Positions 38,271-38,555 of a stretch of DNA of 38,555 nucleotides are shown piece by piece. Made by a program: the position numbers and the translations under genes. Within the stretch, counting starts at the first letter, position 1, and every line of letters starts with the position of its first letter. The notes under the pieces are model-generated. The model made no database searches, was not told the DNA's origin, and saw only the letters and a program-made list of their open reading frames with translations. The stretch is from IMG/VR virus record IMGVR_UViG_2537562091_000004, one strand, 5' to 3'. Source of the DNA: a virus. Lineage: Duplodnaviria; Heunggongvirae; Uroviricota; Caudoviricetes.

Positions 38271-38320
38271 TCATTGGGATTATGCCGCAGACACGTCGTA
38301 TGCAGGAACGTGCTGCGGTT
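38106..38320 (+). repeat. Direct repeat copy 2 (tfa 3' end plus hairpin)
   Basis: Matches 37056-37270; the hairpin arm carries one extra base relative to copy 1. Confidence 0.7.
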
Positions 38321-38384
38321 AGTTTGTGAGCTTTCGATAGTGGTTGTTATTTTTGCCCTTATTTGTTCCGGAGGCCATGGTTCA

Positions 38385-38555
38385 ATGGTCCGTCTGCCCC
38401 CTGTGGTGATGTCAGCAAAATCAGCCACTGCGCGAACCACAATAGCCCGGGAAGATGCTGAAGATCACCAGGTAAAGCTATCAGCGCAGAAACTGGAAGA
38501 ACTGCTCGCATCAATGGTTAAGGATGAGGTTGATCGCAATGATGGGATTTATTGA
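38385..38555 (+). CDS. Small hypothetical protein (about 56 aa) ending exactly at the window edge
   Basis: ATG at 38385 preceded by GGAGG; MVRLPPVVMSAKSATARTTIAREDAEDHQVKLSAQKLEELLASMVKDEVDRNDGIY; stop TGA at 38553-38555. Confidence 0.3.
   Translation: MVRLPPVVMSAKSATARTTIAREDAEDHQVKLSAQKLEELLASMVKDEVDRNDGIY

Noticed and set aside
37056-38320. Considered a DNA-invertase (Pin/Gin/Cin-type) tail-fibre switching segment
   Set aside because: The duplicated tfa 3' ends are in direct, not inverted, orientation and no invertase gene is present in the window.
1-38555. CRISPR arrays, rRNA genes, integrase and attachment sites
   Set aside because: No regularly spaced short repeats and no rRNA-like sequence; the integration module would lie outside this window, so no att site can be called.

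Overview
This window is most of the late region of a lambda/Qin-like mosaic prophage of an Escherichia/Shigella-type host, read left to right on the + strand. It runs from an IS1 remnant, a QueH-like gene and a hokD-like type I toxin, through a nin-region remnant (YdfU-like, RusA) and antiterminator Q with a pR'/tR'-like late promoter and terminator, a DNA methyltransferase, three phage tRNAs, about 1 kb of terminator-dense non-coding DNA where Stx phages carry stx, a frameshifted nanS-p-like esterase, and a phage-21/Qin-type lysis cassette. Between the spanin genes and cos lies an AT-rich convergent two-gene cassette, which I consider the best candidate for an undescribed accessory or defence module. 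After cos comes a complete lambda-like head and tail gene set (Nu1 to J), then lom, a StfR-like side tail fibre, tfa, and a reverse-strand SAM-methyltransferase cargo gene bracketed by direct repeats of the tfa 3' end. Three lesions suggest a decaying prophage: an in-frame TAA in portal B, an in-frame TAG in tfa, and a frameshift in nanS. All family assignments rest on reading the translations against remembered protein families; no database search was run.
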